From contig CAVZIW010000012.1 in NCBI GenBank assembly GCA_963775465.1, forward strand, positions 32,001-96,000: 64,000 nucleotides of DNA, read 5' to 3'. A program made the translations under genes and the position numbers. The notes under the pieces were generated by a model. It made no database searches, was not told the DNA's origin, and was given only the letters and a program-made list of their open reading frames with translations. Below, piece after piece: positions 20,204-29,924 of the stretch. The first letter of the stretch is position 1, and each line of letters starts with the position of its first letter. The DNA comes from Candidatus Bathyarchaeota archaeon. GTDB lineage: Archaea; Thermoproteota; Bathyarchaeia; Bathyarchaeales; Bathycorpusculaceae.

Positions 20204-21177
20204 GCCGTGTAACCTTCCCAGGCTAAAAGTGTTTGAAACAGCCCATCGTCAATGTTGCCGCCAGTTAATACGAGTACAACTGTTTTTTCTGCAACCATCT
20301 CTCTATTCTGAATCAGCAACGCTGCTGTTGTGGCAGCTGATCCTTCCACTTTGAGTTGCTCGTTTACCCACAGCATAACCACAGCGTGACGGATGGTTTC
20401 TTCTCTAACCAGAAAAACTTGGTCGACATATTGTTGCACGATTGGGAAAGTTATCGATTCTTTCTCTATGCTACCGGATAATCCTTCGGCAACTGTTCTT
20501 GGTTCATGTCTGTGGGGTATCACGATTGTTCCTGCTCTCAATGATTCAAACATTATCGGAGTCGCTGTGGATTGAACGCCAAAAACTTTGATGTTAGGCT
20601 TCAAACTCTTTGAGGCTATAGCGATGCCAGAAATTAATCCTCCTCCACCAACAGGAACTACAACTACATCTACTTCTGGAAGTTCTTTTAGGATTTCTAG
20701 TCCGATTGTTCCGTGCCCAGCAATTATTTGCTCGTCGTTGTAAGGTGAAATGTAGAGATGCCCTTCAGTTCTTGCCAACTCTTTGGCTTTGGTTTCAGCT
20801 TCAGTGTACGTTTCTCCATAGAGAAGTAGTTCTGCACCGTATTGTTCAATACCTTCAATTTTGACTTTAGGCGTTGGTTTTGGCACAACAATTTTTGCTT
20901 TAAAGCCGAGTTTTTGTGCTCCGAGTGCAACTGCTTGCCCATGGTTACCAGCCGAGGCGGTTATAACGCCCATATTTTTTTGTTCCTCAGACAAGTGCAA
21001 TAGCTTGTTGATTACACCCCGCATTTTAAACGAGTTTGTATATTGCTCATTTTCTAATTTAAGGTAGACTTTAGCGCTGCAGAGGTTACTTAGAAACTTG
21101 GATTCATTTAGCGGTGTGGATTTTATATATTGAGCGATTTGTTTTTGGGCAGTTAGGATGTCTTGCAAGTTGATCAT
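20200..21177 (-). CDS. ilvA: Threonine/serine dehydratase (PLP-dependent, no ACT domain)
   Basis: [24 protein letters not shown] and TGGN motifs. Confidence 0.88.
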   Translation of the reverse strand: MINLQDILTAQKQIAQYIKSTPLNESKFLSNLCSAKVYLKLENEQYTNSFKMRGVINKLLHLSEEQKNMGVITASAGNHGQAVALGAQKLGFKAKIVVPKPTPKVKIEGIEQYGAELLLYGETYTEAETKAKELARTEGHLYISPYNDEQIIAGHGTIGLEILKELPEVDVVVVPVGGGGLISGIAIASKSLKPNIKVFGVQSTATPIMFESLRAGTIVIPHRHEPRTVAEGLSGSIEKESITFPIVQQYVDQVFLVREETIRHAVVMLWVNEQLKVEGSAATTAALLIQNREMVAEKTVVLVLTGGNIDDGLFQTLLAWEGYTA

Positions 21178-21320
21178 GAATTCACATCTTTTACAATATA
21201 GGTTGAGCGTGAATAGATTATTTTTTCTTTGCCCTTTACGTGTATGAAAAATAGGGTCGCCAAAGAAGCGTTTTGATTCTTGATGCTGGCAGAGTTGGGA
21301 AAATTTGTTTCAGTCAGCTT

Positions 21321-22013
21321 TTATCTTTGGTTTGGTTTGTAGGGTTGGCTATACATTTCTTTTAGTTTTATGTGTTCTTTTGCTTGCTGTTTCCAGCCTC
21401 TATTGCCCGTCCAAGTATACAAAAATTTAGGGAACCCAAGCTTAGATATTAACCCAGTAGCTTCTTGGGGAATTGGCTTTCCGTTTGCCAAAGCATCAGC
21501 TGCCATATCCAAGGCTTTAGTTTGATTGCGAACCATGCCTTTGAGATCCGATAGAGGTCTGCCGGCTATCATTCCACCGCCCCCCATGGCTAAGCCTCCA
21601 CCCCATGTGTAACCAACTTGGCTAGCGAATATCTCACATACCTTTAGTGCGATACTGTTGTGAACTGCTTCTGTAAAACCGCTATTAGCAATTGCTACAA
21701 AGAATTTCTTGCTTTTTTCTGCTTTGTTTGCTTCATGTTCAGATATCAACTCCAATGTCTTGATAACCTGTGAGTGCAAGCTGTCAACGTACAGTGGAAA
21801 AGCAAGAATTATCAAGTCCGATTCGTCGATTAGTCTAAACAATTCCGTTCTGTTTTTATCAGAACTTTGGATTTGGCTAAGGTACACTTTTTTGGAGGGT
21901 ATGCCTTTTTGGTCTAGCTGGTCAGTTAGGTAGGTTCCCAGAGAGTTTGAACTGCTATTTGGACCTTTTGGACTTCCAACCAATAGAACTGAACTTTTTG
22001 GCTTCTGCATCAT
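21321..22013 (-). CDS. Flavodoxin-like NAD(P)H-dependent oxidoreductase
   Basis: LVGSPK..S.S, AFPLYVD and NSGF.E motifs. Confidence 0.8.
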   Translation of the reverse strand: MMQKPKSSVLLVGSPKGPNSSSNSLGTYLTDQLDQKGIPSKKVYLSQIQSSDKNRTELFRLIDESDLIILAFPLYVDSLHSQVIKTLELISEHEANKAEKSKKFFVAIANSGFTEAVHNSIALKVCEIFASQVGYTWGGGLAMGGGGMIAGRPLSDLKGMVRNQTKALDMAADALANGKPIPQEATGLISKLGFPKFLYTWTGNRGWKQQAKEHIKLKEMYSQPYKPNQR

Positions 22014-22585
22014 TGAATCCCTGCCTTGGTTAAACTCTCTAAGAGTTTATACCTTAATTGACTTAGGCTGGTAATTTGAGATTTATTAATGCTTGCTTCA
22101 GGTTTTGTAGGCAAGTTTATTCCCTTTCTGCTAACCAGCGTTTTGAATGTTTCTTCACTTTCTTTGTCTTCACTAGGAAGACTCCCAATTGCTATCAACG
22201 TGGGATAATTGGCATACCTTGGTGCGTGATGAATCTCGCCGTGCACTTTCTTGAAGAAAGGCAATAGAACCGGACAGGGGAACCTATCGAGTGCTTTTTT
22301 GAGTTCTGATGAATACATACCGAATGTTATCGGAGTTAGTAAAAATACGACATCGCTATGCATCACTTGTTTTGGCAAGTCATGTCCAGCATCTTTGATT
22401 ACACAGTTGCCAGGAGTCTTCAGCCAGCAGCCGAAACAACCAAGACATCCTGCGATCTTTTCTTCTCGCAGAATTCGAGAGCTTATTTCAAAATTTTTGG
22501 CTCGTAGGTAATCAAGCAAATCTTTTATGAGACTCTCAGGGAAATCTTCTTTTTTTGTTGAACCATCCAATATTAACGCTTTCAT
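22010..22585 (-). CDS. Iron-sulfur flavoprotein-like flavodoxin family protein
   Basis: MKALILDGS and CLGCFGCW.KTPG.C (Isf-type Cys motif); start moved to ATG 22585. Confidence 0.82.
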   Translation of the reverse strand: MKALILDGSTKKEDFPESLIKDLLDYLRAKNFEISSRILREEKIAGCLGCFGCWLKTPGNCVIKDAGHDLPKQVMHSDVVFLLTPITFGMYSSELKKALDRFPCPVLLPFFKKVHGEIHHAPRYANYPTLIAIGSLPSEDKESEETFKTLVSRKGINLPTKPEASINKSQITSLSQLRYKLLESLTKAGIQ

Positions 22586-22596
22586 ATAACTCACCC

Positions 22597-23331
22597 TTAT
22601 GCGGACTTTTTGCCAAAGGAATATTTGATTACACCCTTTGGGCAACTGTCCACGCATGCTCCACAGAGTATGCATTCGGAGTTCTCCATCGATTCTTGTC
22701 GAACCATAGCATTCACATCCAAACTCATCGAGCAGTTCCTATTGCAAGTCTTGCAGTTTATGCATTTTTCTTGGTCTGCTTGAAGTTGCAGTGACGGCCA
22801 ATTTGCTGCGTTGCGTATTTTCCTTCCAACTATCATGAAAGGCGCCATCCAGCAGACTGTATGACATGCTGCTCGTTTACCAGCTGCAAGCGCAAAGACG
22901 AAGAAAGCAGCCAAGATAACCACGAACATAATAGCTGACTGGAAATCTGAAATCGATATGCCGTAGTAAGTTTGATAGAGTGGATCCACAGCTTTTAATC
23001 CACCTGCTTGAATGAACATTAATGCAATTATCGAGAGCCATGGAACCCAGATGAAGTATTTCACTAAGTTACGTTTTTTTCCGTTGTAGCTTCTGCCGTT
23101 TACTTTGGAACAAAATTCTTGTACTGCCCCAGCTGGACAAACCCATCCGCACCAGGCGCGCCCGACAAACAGCGATGTTAAGAACAAACCTGCAAAGGCA
23201 AGGACATCTCCAGCTATTATCCCTTCAGCTGCACCCATAATGACGAGATACGGAGAGAAGTAATAGTATACCAGCGGGAACAATGCCGCCATGACAATTG
23301 CTACAGCGAGCCTTTTCTTTTGTCTGCTCAT
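22597..23331 (-). CDS. Membrane 4Fe-4S binding protein (NapH/MauN-like)
   Basis: GRAWCGWVCPAG, a second CxxxC and two ferredoxin CxxCxxCxxxC motifs. Confidence 0.88.
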   Translation of the reverse strand: MSRQKKRLAVAIVMAALFPLVYYYFSPYLVIMGAAEGIIAGDVLAFAGLFLTSLFVGRAWCGWVCPAGAVQEFCSKVNGRSYNGKKRNLVKYFIWVPWLSIIALMFIQAGGLKAVDPLYQTYYGISISDFQSAIMFVVILAAFFVFALAAGKRAACHTVCWMAPFMIVGRKIRNAANWPSLQLQADQEKCINCKTCNRNCSMSLDVNAMVRQESMENSECILCGACVDSCPKGVIKYSFGKKSA

Positions 23332-23594
23332 TGTTTCCCACTTCCCTGCTTTTTGTCGCTTTTTAAGTCGAGAATTTTCTTAAGTTCATGTTTAGTTATA
23401 TCCATCCGCAGAGTGCCATTGACACCGTCTATTTGAAGCATAATGTCTTCTACCATTGAAACGTCTTTGAGCTTCCCCAAGTATCCTTCAAAGAAGAAGT
23501 GCTCATTTTCATTCTCTGAAAGAGACATCCTTTTCACAGTCTTTTCTGATTTCATCTCAACAGAAAACGAATGTTCTTCAGCTCGTCTTGCCAA
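23328..23594 (-). CDS. Hypothetical protein, first gene of the redox operon
   Basis: 88-aa ORF coupled by an ATGA overlap to the next gene. Confidence 0.7.
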   Translation of the reverse strand: MARRAEEHSFSVEMKSEKTVKRMSLSENENEHFFFEGYLGKLKDVSMVEDIMLQIDGVNGTLRMDITKHELKKILDLKSDKKQGSGKQ

Positions 23595-23673
23595 TTTTCT
23601 CGCCTCGGATACTACATTCTCAGAAACGATGATAAAGTAACCTCAACAAAAACAATGAAATATCAGAAACGGA

Positions 23674-23687
23674 TATGAAATTTCATA
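23674..23687. promoter_or_regulatory. Palindromic operator TATGAAATTTCATA
   Basis: Perfect 14-bp palindrome in the divergent promoter between the redox operon and its adjacent HTH regulator. Confidence 0.55.
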
Positions 23688-23705
23688 AACGTATAACGTT
23701 AGGGG

Positions 23706-24513
23706 GTGGAGCTGTTGGATAGCCTTAACAGTTTATTATGTGAATTTTCAAGTTCCGATAGACTCGATATTTTATACCTTGTAAAAAAGACGCCAATGAA
23801 GCTCTCACACATTTCCGGTAAATTAGATTTTACCGTTCAAGAAGCTTCAAGAAACGTAGGCAGATTAACTGAAGCAGGACTTATAAGAAAAGATGTCGGT
23901 GGCGCTTTCTACTTAACGCCTTTTGGAGAAGAAGTATTAAACCTTCTTAAGGGCTTTAATTTTCTCTCCGATAACAAAGATTATTTTTTATGTGACTGAG
24001 CTTCTGGTCATGCCCGAGCAGTTTAGAGCAAGCCTAGGCATTTTTGAACATTTTAGCTACGTTAGCGATGTTATGATTGCTTTCCACAACGTTGAGAAGA
24101 TGATAGCGAATGCAGAGAAGTTTGTTTGGATAATGACAAACCAAATACTTGCCAGCACTCTTCCTTACCTCTTGCAAGAGTTGGAAAGAGGCGGCGAGTT
24201 CCAACTCTTAATGCCAAAAGATTATCGAATGACAGAGGAATTATTTCAATCCACTCGCCATCCCACTTTTGATAAAGCTGTTCGAAACAGAAAACTAGAA
24301 ATTAAGTTCATTGAAAAAGTCGATTTCTTTTTGTGTTTGTCAGAGAAAGAAGTCGGAGCGCTTGGTTTTCCAAGCTTGGACGGCAAACCCGACTATAACG
24401 GAGGCTTTAGAGCTGAAAATGAGGTAGCCGTCAACTGGGCTATCAGGCTTTTTAGCTATTATTGGGAAAAGAGTACAAGCGAGGTTCCTAATCAGATGAT
24501 AGATACCCGCTAA
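23706..24513 (+). pseudogene. Winged-HTH (ArsR-like) plus DUF1724-type transcriptional regulator, frameshifted near 23991
   Basis: N-terminal RLDIL..EASRNVGRL.EAGLI..LTPFG and a C-terminal LSEKE.G.LGFP.LDGK.DY..W...LF.YYW domain, in two overlapping frames. Confidence 0.75.
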
Positions 24514-24597
24514 CGATCAGCGCTGGCGTTTGATAAGCGTAAACTATTTTAGTTTACTTAGAATCAACCCTTAAAACAGCGATAGGTTGATGTTTTT

Positions 24598-25449
24598 ATG
24601 GCTTTAGAAAGAAACAGAGCACAATTAGAGGCTTACCGAAAACAAGCCGCCGAAGAACAAGAAAAATTTAAAGAAAGAATGAGCAAAATTAAACATAAAA
24701 TCGCTATTATTAGTGGCAAGGGAGGTGTTGGAAAAAGCACCATAACCGTAAACCTAGCCACTGCTTTTGCTCTTAAGGGAAGTCGCGTAGGTATTTTAGA
24801 TGCGGATATACATGGTCCCAGCGTTCCTAGGCTTTTGGGGTTGGAAGGAAGTCAGGTTCAGACAACCGCCATGGGCGCTTTGCCTGTTGATGGACCCTTG
24901 AAAATGAAGGTTATGTCAATTGATTTTTTCATGGCTGAACAGATGCCCACTATTTGGCGTGGACCACTTAAGATGAGGGCTATCCGTCAACTGTTAGGTG
25001 AAATTGTCTGGGGTGATCTTGATTTTCTTTTTATCGATTTGCCGCCTGGAACAGGAGACGAACCTTTAAGCATAGCTCAGTTATTGCCTGACTTGGATGG
25101 TGTAGTGATCGTCACGATGCCTTCGGACTTATCTAGTTCGATCGTGAAGAAAGCAGTAACTTTTGCTCAAAGACTAAAGTTGCCTATTATCGGCGTTGTT
25201 GAAAACATGAGTGGATTTGTCTGCCCGCACTGTAATAAGAAAATTGAGATTTTTAGTTCAGGCGGAGGGAAGAAGATGGCACAGGAAGAAGGTGTGCCTT
25301 TCTTAGGAAGCATCCCAATTGATCCTAAAGTAAGCGCTGATTCCGACAAAGGTGCGCCTTTTATTATTTCCCACAAAGACTCTTCAGCAGCAAAAGCTTT
25401 CATGGAAATTGTCTCTAAAATTGTTGTTTATCTAGAAGGTAAACAATAA
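24598..25449 (+). CDS. Mrp/NBP35 (ApbC) Fe-S cluster carrier ATPase
   Basis: SGKGGVGKST, DADIHGPS, WRGP, DLPPGTGD and ENMSGFVCPHC motifs. Confidence 0.95.
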   Translation: MALERNRAQLEAYRKQAAEEQEKFKERMSKIKHKIAIISGKGGVGKSTITVNLATAFALKGSRVGILDADIHGPSVPRLLGLEGSQVQTTAMGALPVDGPLKMKVMSIDFFMAEQMPTIWRGPLKMRAIRQLLGEIVWGDLDFLFIDLPPGTGDEPLSIAQLLPDLDGVVIVTMPSDLSSSIVKKAVTFAQRLKLPIIGVVENMSGFVCPHCNKKIEIFSSGGGKKMAQEEGVPFLGSIPIDPKVSADSDKGAPFIISHKDSSAAKAFMEIVSKIVVYLEGKQ

Positions 25450-25510
25450 TTTTTTGTGGTAAAAAGGATGGAGAGCTAAAACTCCCAGTTTATTTTTGTC
25501 CAGCTACGGT

Positions 25511-25801
25511 TTATGCTTTGGATAGAGTAATTTCTATCGTGGAAACCATTCGGGACCTGTTTTCGCCTTCTCTTGGTGGCATCTCGGCAGTTCCGATTGC
25601 GATTTTCTCTACTTTGAGTTCTTTGATGAAGCGGCTTCTTGTGATTTCTGCTACGTCAACTGCTGTGGTGATTGCTTGGCCTCTTGCTTTTAAGGTGATT
25701 TCTTTTTGGGCGCCGGAAGAGAATGCGGTTATGATGGCGAGCACATAGCTCATTGGGGGTTTGTTTCCAACAAAAATAACGTCACTAGCTTTTTCAGACA
25801 T
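25511..25801 (-). CDS. albA: DNA/RNA-binding protein Alba
   Basis: VGNKPPMSYVLA, KARGQAI..AVDVAE and VSTIEI motifs. Confidence 0.96.
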   Translation of the reverse strand: MSEKASDVIFVGNKPPMSYVLAIITAFSSGAQKEITLKARGQAITTAVDVAEITRSRFIKELKVEKIAIGTAEMPPREGENRSRMVSTIEITLSKA

Positions 25802-26096
25802 GTATTTCACTCCTTTTTTCAGTTTTTTGGGTTTTGGTGCTATCCTATTAGGAAAAACTCCCTAATAAACCAAATTAAGCCCTTCGGGATCGGATTTTAT
25901 AGTATTTCAATTTAGCTTTAAAAAACGGTGAGTTTTAAACCTAAATCCACAGGTTGGATAACCATTTCAGTTATCTACCCTTAGTCAATTCATTGGCATT
26001 AAATTGCTTTTTAATCACTTGCTTTAGAATTTGTTTGGTCGTTTTCTAATTCTTTTGAAATAAGGAACAATATAGCTACAATTTTTGCTCAGATAT

Positions 26097-26131
26097 TATT
26101 CCGAAATAGGAATATTCCAAAATTGGAAATA
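26097..26131. promoter_or_regulatory. Tandem TTCC-N6-GGAA palindromic operator pair
   Basis: TATTCC-GAAATA-GGAATA and TATTCC-AAAATT-GGAAAT, offset by 16 bp, upstream of the 26185 gene. Confidence 0.5.
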
Positions 26132-26184
26132 TCAAAGATATTCTTGAAAAAGTCTTGCAACATTGGAAAGGAGAAGGCGAAGAC

Positions 26185-26583
26185 ATGTCTATGTTTCTTA
26201 GATACATTGCAGAAGTGGTAAATAGACCAACTATCAGTTCAAAGTTGTGTGCATACTCTTTTGGCTTTCTTATTGTGGCACAGTTTTTGGATGGTTTAAC
26301 AACAAAGATTGGTTTAGGCTTAGGGCTTGCTGAAGTTGGAATTTATGCAATGCCTATCCTTGGAAGCTACGGTTATTGGGGCTTGATGCTTTGGAAGTTT
26401 GGTTCCTTAGCAATTCTTGGAGTTTTAGTTGCAGCAGTGTATTTTGCAGCAAAAAGGTATGCTCCTAAACATCTAACTTATGTTAGTTTAATATTGACGA
26501 TTGGCTGTTTGGTTGCAAGTATAGGTACAGCTCAGGTTGTTGCCTCCAATTTAGGCCAGATTGAGTTTGCCCTGAGCGCTTAA
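26185..26583 (+). CDS. Small membrane protein (DUF5658-like)
   Basis: Three hydrophobic segments and an LD..TT..GL..G..E pattern; GGAG upstream of ATG 26185. Confidence 0.65.
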   Translation: MSMFLRYIAEVVNRPTISSKLCAYSFGFLIVAQFLDGLTTKIGLGLGLAEVGIYAMPILGSYGYWGLMLWKFGSLAILGVLVAAVYFAAKRYAPKHLTYVSLILTIGCLVASIGTAQVVASNLGQIEFALSA

Positions 26584-26742
26584 AGTTGAAACTATCTTTT
26601 GTTATTACTCAAAGAGCTACACCTCTGAAAATGCTTTCTAATTCTCTGATTTCAAGTCAAAATGTACAATAGCTAAACTTGTTAACTGAGATACAGTTTT
26701 ATACCTCAACCTTGAAGGAAGGTACAATCAGGAAGACAACAA

Positions 26743-27513
26743 ATGTCCGTATCGCCAAGCCTTAGAGAAGTTTTAGCTCGAAGAATCGCTGGAGAAATCA
26801 TTCTCTCTGGTAGACCGGGCTCAACTATGCGCAAGTGGCGTGAACTCTTTGCCGTCTCCCAGATGAACCTCTCTGAAGCAATGGGCTTGTCATCCTCAGT
26901 TGTAAGCGACTATGAAAGTGGCAGAAGAAAAAGTCCCGGAGCCAAATTCATAAGGCGCTTTGTGCTCTCGCTTCTTAACATTGATGAACAAAAGGGCAGT
27001 CGCTTTATCCGTGAATTCGCTAAACTTACCAGTTCACCAAGCATGGCTGTAGTGGATCTTCGCGAGTTTCCAATCCCAGTGCGAGTAGAATATCTCTGCA
27101 AAGCAATTGGCGGTGAAGTATTGGCTTGCAAAGAAAAATACGTTAAAGAAGTCAATGGTTACACAGTAATTGATAGCAGAAAAGCAGTGGAGACATATTC
27201 GGGTTCTGATTATGCTCAGCTTTTTGGCGCAACTACGGAGCGAGCATTAATTTTTACCAATGTTGAGGCAGGGTGCTTACCCATGATGATTGTGCGGGTC
27301 AGCAGTCTCAAACCTAAAATCATTGTTTTCCATAAAACCCAGCCGGATACCGAGGCGATAAGCATAGCTGAGTACGAGCAGATACCTCTTATATTCTCTT
27401 CTTCACCTTCCGTTGAGCAATTGGTGAAGTCACTGCGAAAACTCTACCGAATAGCGCTTCGCATTAAACTGGGAAGACGTGGTGTACGTCCACCGCCGAA
27501 AATAACCGCCTAA
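26743..27513 (+). CDS. Conserved archaeal XRE-HTH transcriptional regulator (COG1709-like)
   Basis: IAGEIILS..PG..MRKWRE.F, SDYESGRRKSPG and GYTVIDS..RALIFTNV motifs. Confidence 0.85.
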   Translation: MSVSPSLREVLARRIAGEIILSGRPGSTMRKWRELFAVSQMNLSEAMGLSSSVVSDYESGRRKSPGAKFIRRFVLSLLNIDEQKGSRFIREFAKLTSSPSMAVVDLREFPIPVRVEYLCKAIGGEVLACKEKYVKEVNGYTVIDSRKAVETYSGSDYAQLFGATTERALIFTNVEAGCLPMMIVRVSSLKPKIIVFHKTQPDTEAISIAEYEQIPLIFSSSPSVEQLVKSLRKLYRIALRIKLGRRGVRPPPKITA

Positions 27514-27600
27514 CAAACGCAGACTTGAGCTGCTTCTACATAGAGTAGCTAAATTTTATGCAGATAAGGTTTTTAATACGTTTGTTAAGCTCAGATTGTT

Positions 27601-27663
27601 GGCTATGGCATTAGCCGTGGCATAAGCCAGAACCGCAGCCAAGAGCATGCTAATAATGCCTAT
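27601..27663 (+). promoter_or_regulatory. Fluoride (crcB) riboswitch
   Basis: P1 GGCTA/TAGCC, pseudoknot GGCAT/ATGCC, AACCGC..GC stem and TAAT..CCTA tail, lying between a TATA-like box (about 27570) and crcB. Confidence 0.88.
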
Positions 27664-27684
27664 CTAGAAACAGAAGGTAATAAA

Positions 27685-28074
27685 ATGAAGTGGATAGAGA
27701 TTGGTCTCTTGGCAGCTGGTGCGATAGTTGGAGCTTTTCTACGTTACAAACTCGTAGAGTCGCCAATTGCAGTCTACGGTTTGCCAGTTAATGTTTTAGC
27801 AGTCAACATCGTCGGAAGCTTTATTTTAGGCTTGTTTTCGGTGTTGTCTGTTGGTTTCAACTTTAATCCCCAATACACTTTGCTGATAGCAGTAGGGTTC
27901 TGCGGCTCGTTCACCACAATGTCGTCTTTCGCGTTAGAAACCAGCAACTTATTTGACAGTAACCGTTTTAGTCTGATAGCTCTCAATATACTAGCTAATG
28001 TCGGTTTATCTTTGGGAGCTATATTTGGCGGCAGACTAATTGGCGATGTAATCTTAGAGAGGCTAATACGTTGA
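27685..28074 (+). CDS. crcB: Fluoride efflux channel Fluc/CrcB
   Basis: GA.LRY, VNIVGSF and GFCGSFTTMSSF..E motifs. Confidence 0.95.
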   Translation: MKWIEIGLLAAGAIVGAFLRYKLVESPIAVYGLPVNVLAVNIVGSFILGLFSVLSVGFNFNPQYTLLIAVGFCGSFTTMSSFALETSNLFDSNRFSLIALNILANVGLSLGAIFGGRLIGDVILERLIR

Positions 28075-28382
28075 GACAAAAAATGTGGGACCTAACTATA
28101 CGAATAAAAAGGAACGATGAACTAGGAGGCAAACGCCTTCAGAACTTAATTATGGATTGTCTTATCAAAGCACATATTGAAGGTGCAACTGTTTGGACAG
28201 GAGTAAACGGGTTTGGCAAACGTGGAAAATCCACCATGCACATTGAAGGAGTAACGGTAAACATGCCTCTGATAATTGAAGTTGTTGATACACAGGAAAA
28301 GCTTGAACCACTGCTTCCAGATTTAAAGCAGATTATTGGTGACGATGGATTAGTAACCATTCAAGAAACTTACGTAATCTAA
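28071..28382 (+). CDS. DUF190 (PII-like) protein
   Basis: GATV..G..GFG and P.IIEVVD motifs; the usual crcB partner. Confidence 0.9.
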   Translation: MRQKMWDLTIRIKRNDELGGKRLQNLIMDCLIKAHIEGATVWTGVNGFGKRGKSTMHIEGVTVNMPLIIEVVDTQEKLEPLLPDLKQIIGDDGLVTIQETYVI

Positions 28383-28439
28383 CGGCATAGAGAAAACATT
28401 TCTGAAAACAATAAACAAAATAAGCTTAGAAGTTGAAAC

Positions 28440-28805
28440 TTAGGACTGCAGAAGCATAATTGCTTTTGCCAGATCTCCGCCGCACTCTTCTAACGCTTCT
28501 TTTGCTTTTTGCAAGCTCTTGCCAGTCTGGTCAGAGACTAACTGCACATCTTCTTCAGAGAAGACTGGCTTTGCCGCTGCTCCTACTCCTTGTTGTGAGG
28601 GAGCTTGCTCTGAGACTTGTCCACCGATGACCTGATACATTTTTTGTCCCTGAACCTGCAAAATTGCCACCTCAGGTTCGTCGATAACTATGTCTTTTGT
28701 CGGTGTTCTGATGATAACTTGTTGGACATCTGAGACAGAGTCCATATTCATACCCATACGTTGCATCAAACGTTTCTGTTCGCGGGGATTCATGTGCCTA
28801 TGCAT
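28440..28805 (-). CDS. nac: Nascent polypeptide-associated complex protein
   Basis: MNPR..MQRMGM, NAC domain and C-terminal UBA (EEDVQLV..GDLAKAI). Confidence 0.95.
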   Translation of the reverse strand: MHRHMNPREQKRLMQRMGMNMDSVSDVQQVIIRTPTKDIVIDEPEVAILQVQGQKMYQVIGGQVSEQAPSQQGVGAAAKPVFSEEDVQLVSDQTGKSLQKAKEALEECGGDLAKAIMLLQS

Positions 28806-28849
28806 ACGTTATCACTTCAACAAAGTATTCACGTTGGAACTTGATATAT

Positions 28850-29317
28850 TTAACTTTCCTTACAGCCGTGTCTAACTTTAACAGCGACACCGATTTTGAA
28901 AGCCAACATTTCAGCACTTGAAAGCACTGCACGTCCAACGGCTAAAACTTTTCTGTCCTCGTCTACTGCAATTACTTCATCTTTGGCTCTCACTTCGGGG
29001 TCGACTTTAACGACGTGAACAGCAAAAACGTCTCCACCTGCTGCAATGTATTTTGAGACGGCGTTTTGAACCATAACAAAGCATTTTGCTTGAGGCGTAT
29101 TTTCAACCATGAATTTTGCGGCTTTGATACTCAGAGAAAGCACGCCGTCTGTGGGGCGCAAAGTTGCCAATCGTTGACCATCTAAGTTGATATAACGTAT
29201 TCTACCTGTTCTTGGAGATAGCTGGATTTCGATGCTTTCTGGAAACAGTTTGACTCCTACGCCTTTACCGAATTGGTAATCGGCTACGCTCCTGACTTTG
29301 CCTAATTGGTTTTCCAT
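28850..29317 (-). CDS. PUA-domain protein (archaeosine TGT C-terminal-like)
   Basis: ADYQFG, TGRIR, ATLR..DG and AVGRA..GVAVKVR motifs. Confidence 0.85.
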   Translation of the reverse strand: MENQLGKVRSVADYQFGKGVGVKLFPESIEIQLSPRTGRIRYINLDGQRLATLRPTDGVLSLSIKAAKFMVENTPQAKCFVMVQNAVSKYIAAGGDVFAVHVVKVDPEVRAKDEVIAVDEDRKVLAVGRAVLSSAEMLAFKIGVAVKVRHGCKES

Positions 29318-29390
29318 ACAATCGCCACTGTTGTTTCGACAAGTATAAACATAACAAGATTATAAAGACAGTGAAAAGGGGACGTTTACT

Positions 29391-29924
29391 TTGAGATGTG
29401 AAGTTTGCGGACGTAAAATACATTCTGAACCAGTACGTGCCATAATTGAAGGGGCAAAACTAACGGTATGTATCGAATGCTCTAAGCATGGAAAAGTAAT
29501 CGCGCATGAAGAACCCAACTTACCTACTCCCAAAGCAACATCAAGAATTGTAGCGCCACGTCCAATGGTTCAGAAAAGACCCATAATTGCAAGAGTGGAA
29601 ATAAATCAAGAACTCGTTGACGGTTACCCCAATCTAATCAGAGCCACAAGAGAGAAACTCTCGCTTAGCCATGAAGATTTAGGAAAGAAAATAAACGAAA
29701 AAGCCTCAGTGCTCAAGCATATCGAGTCTAAAAAGATGGCTCCAAACAATTTGTTAGCGACAAAACTTGAGCATGCCCTGAAAATCAAGTTGCTTGTTCC
29801 TATCACACCTGAAAAGACGGGAGTGATTCCTAAGACTTCTAATCAAGAATTAACTTTGGGGGACCTCATCGAAATAGGGCAGAAAGACAAGGAGGAGGCA
29901 CCCACTAAACGAAAGCGATCATAG
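29391..29924 (+). CDS. mbf1: Archaeal multiprotein bridging factor aMBF1
   Basis: CEVCG..IEGA...VC..C Zn ribbon, HTH and TLGD motif. Confidence 0.93.
   Translation: MRCEVCGRKIHSEPVRAIIEGAKLTVCIECSKHGKVIAHEEPNLPTPKATSRIVAPRPMVQKRPIIARVEINQELVDGYPNLIRATREKLSLSHEDLGKKINEKASVLKHIESKKMAPNNLLATKLEHALKIKLLVPITPEKTGVIPKTSNQELTLGDLIEIGQKDKEEAPTKRKRS

Noticed and set aside
29391-29924. Idea that an altered aMBF1 licenses genome-wide +1 frameshifting and explains the split genes
   Set aside because: No shared shift motif exists, aMBF1 looks intact, and assembly error is simpler.
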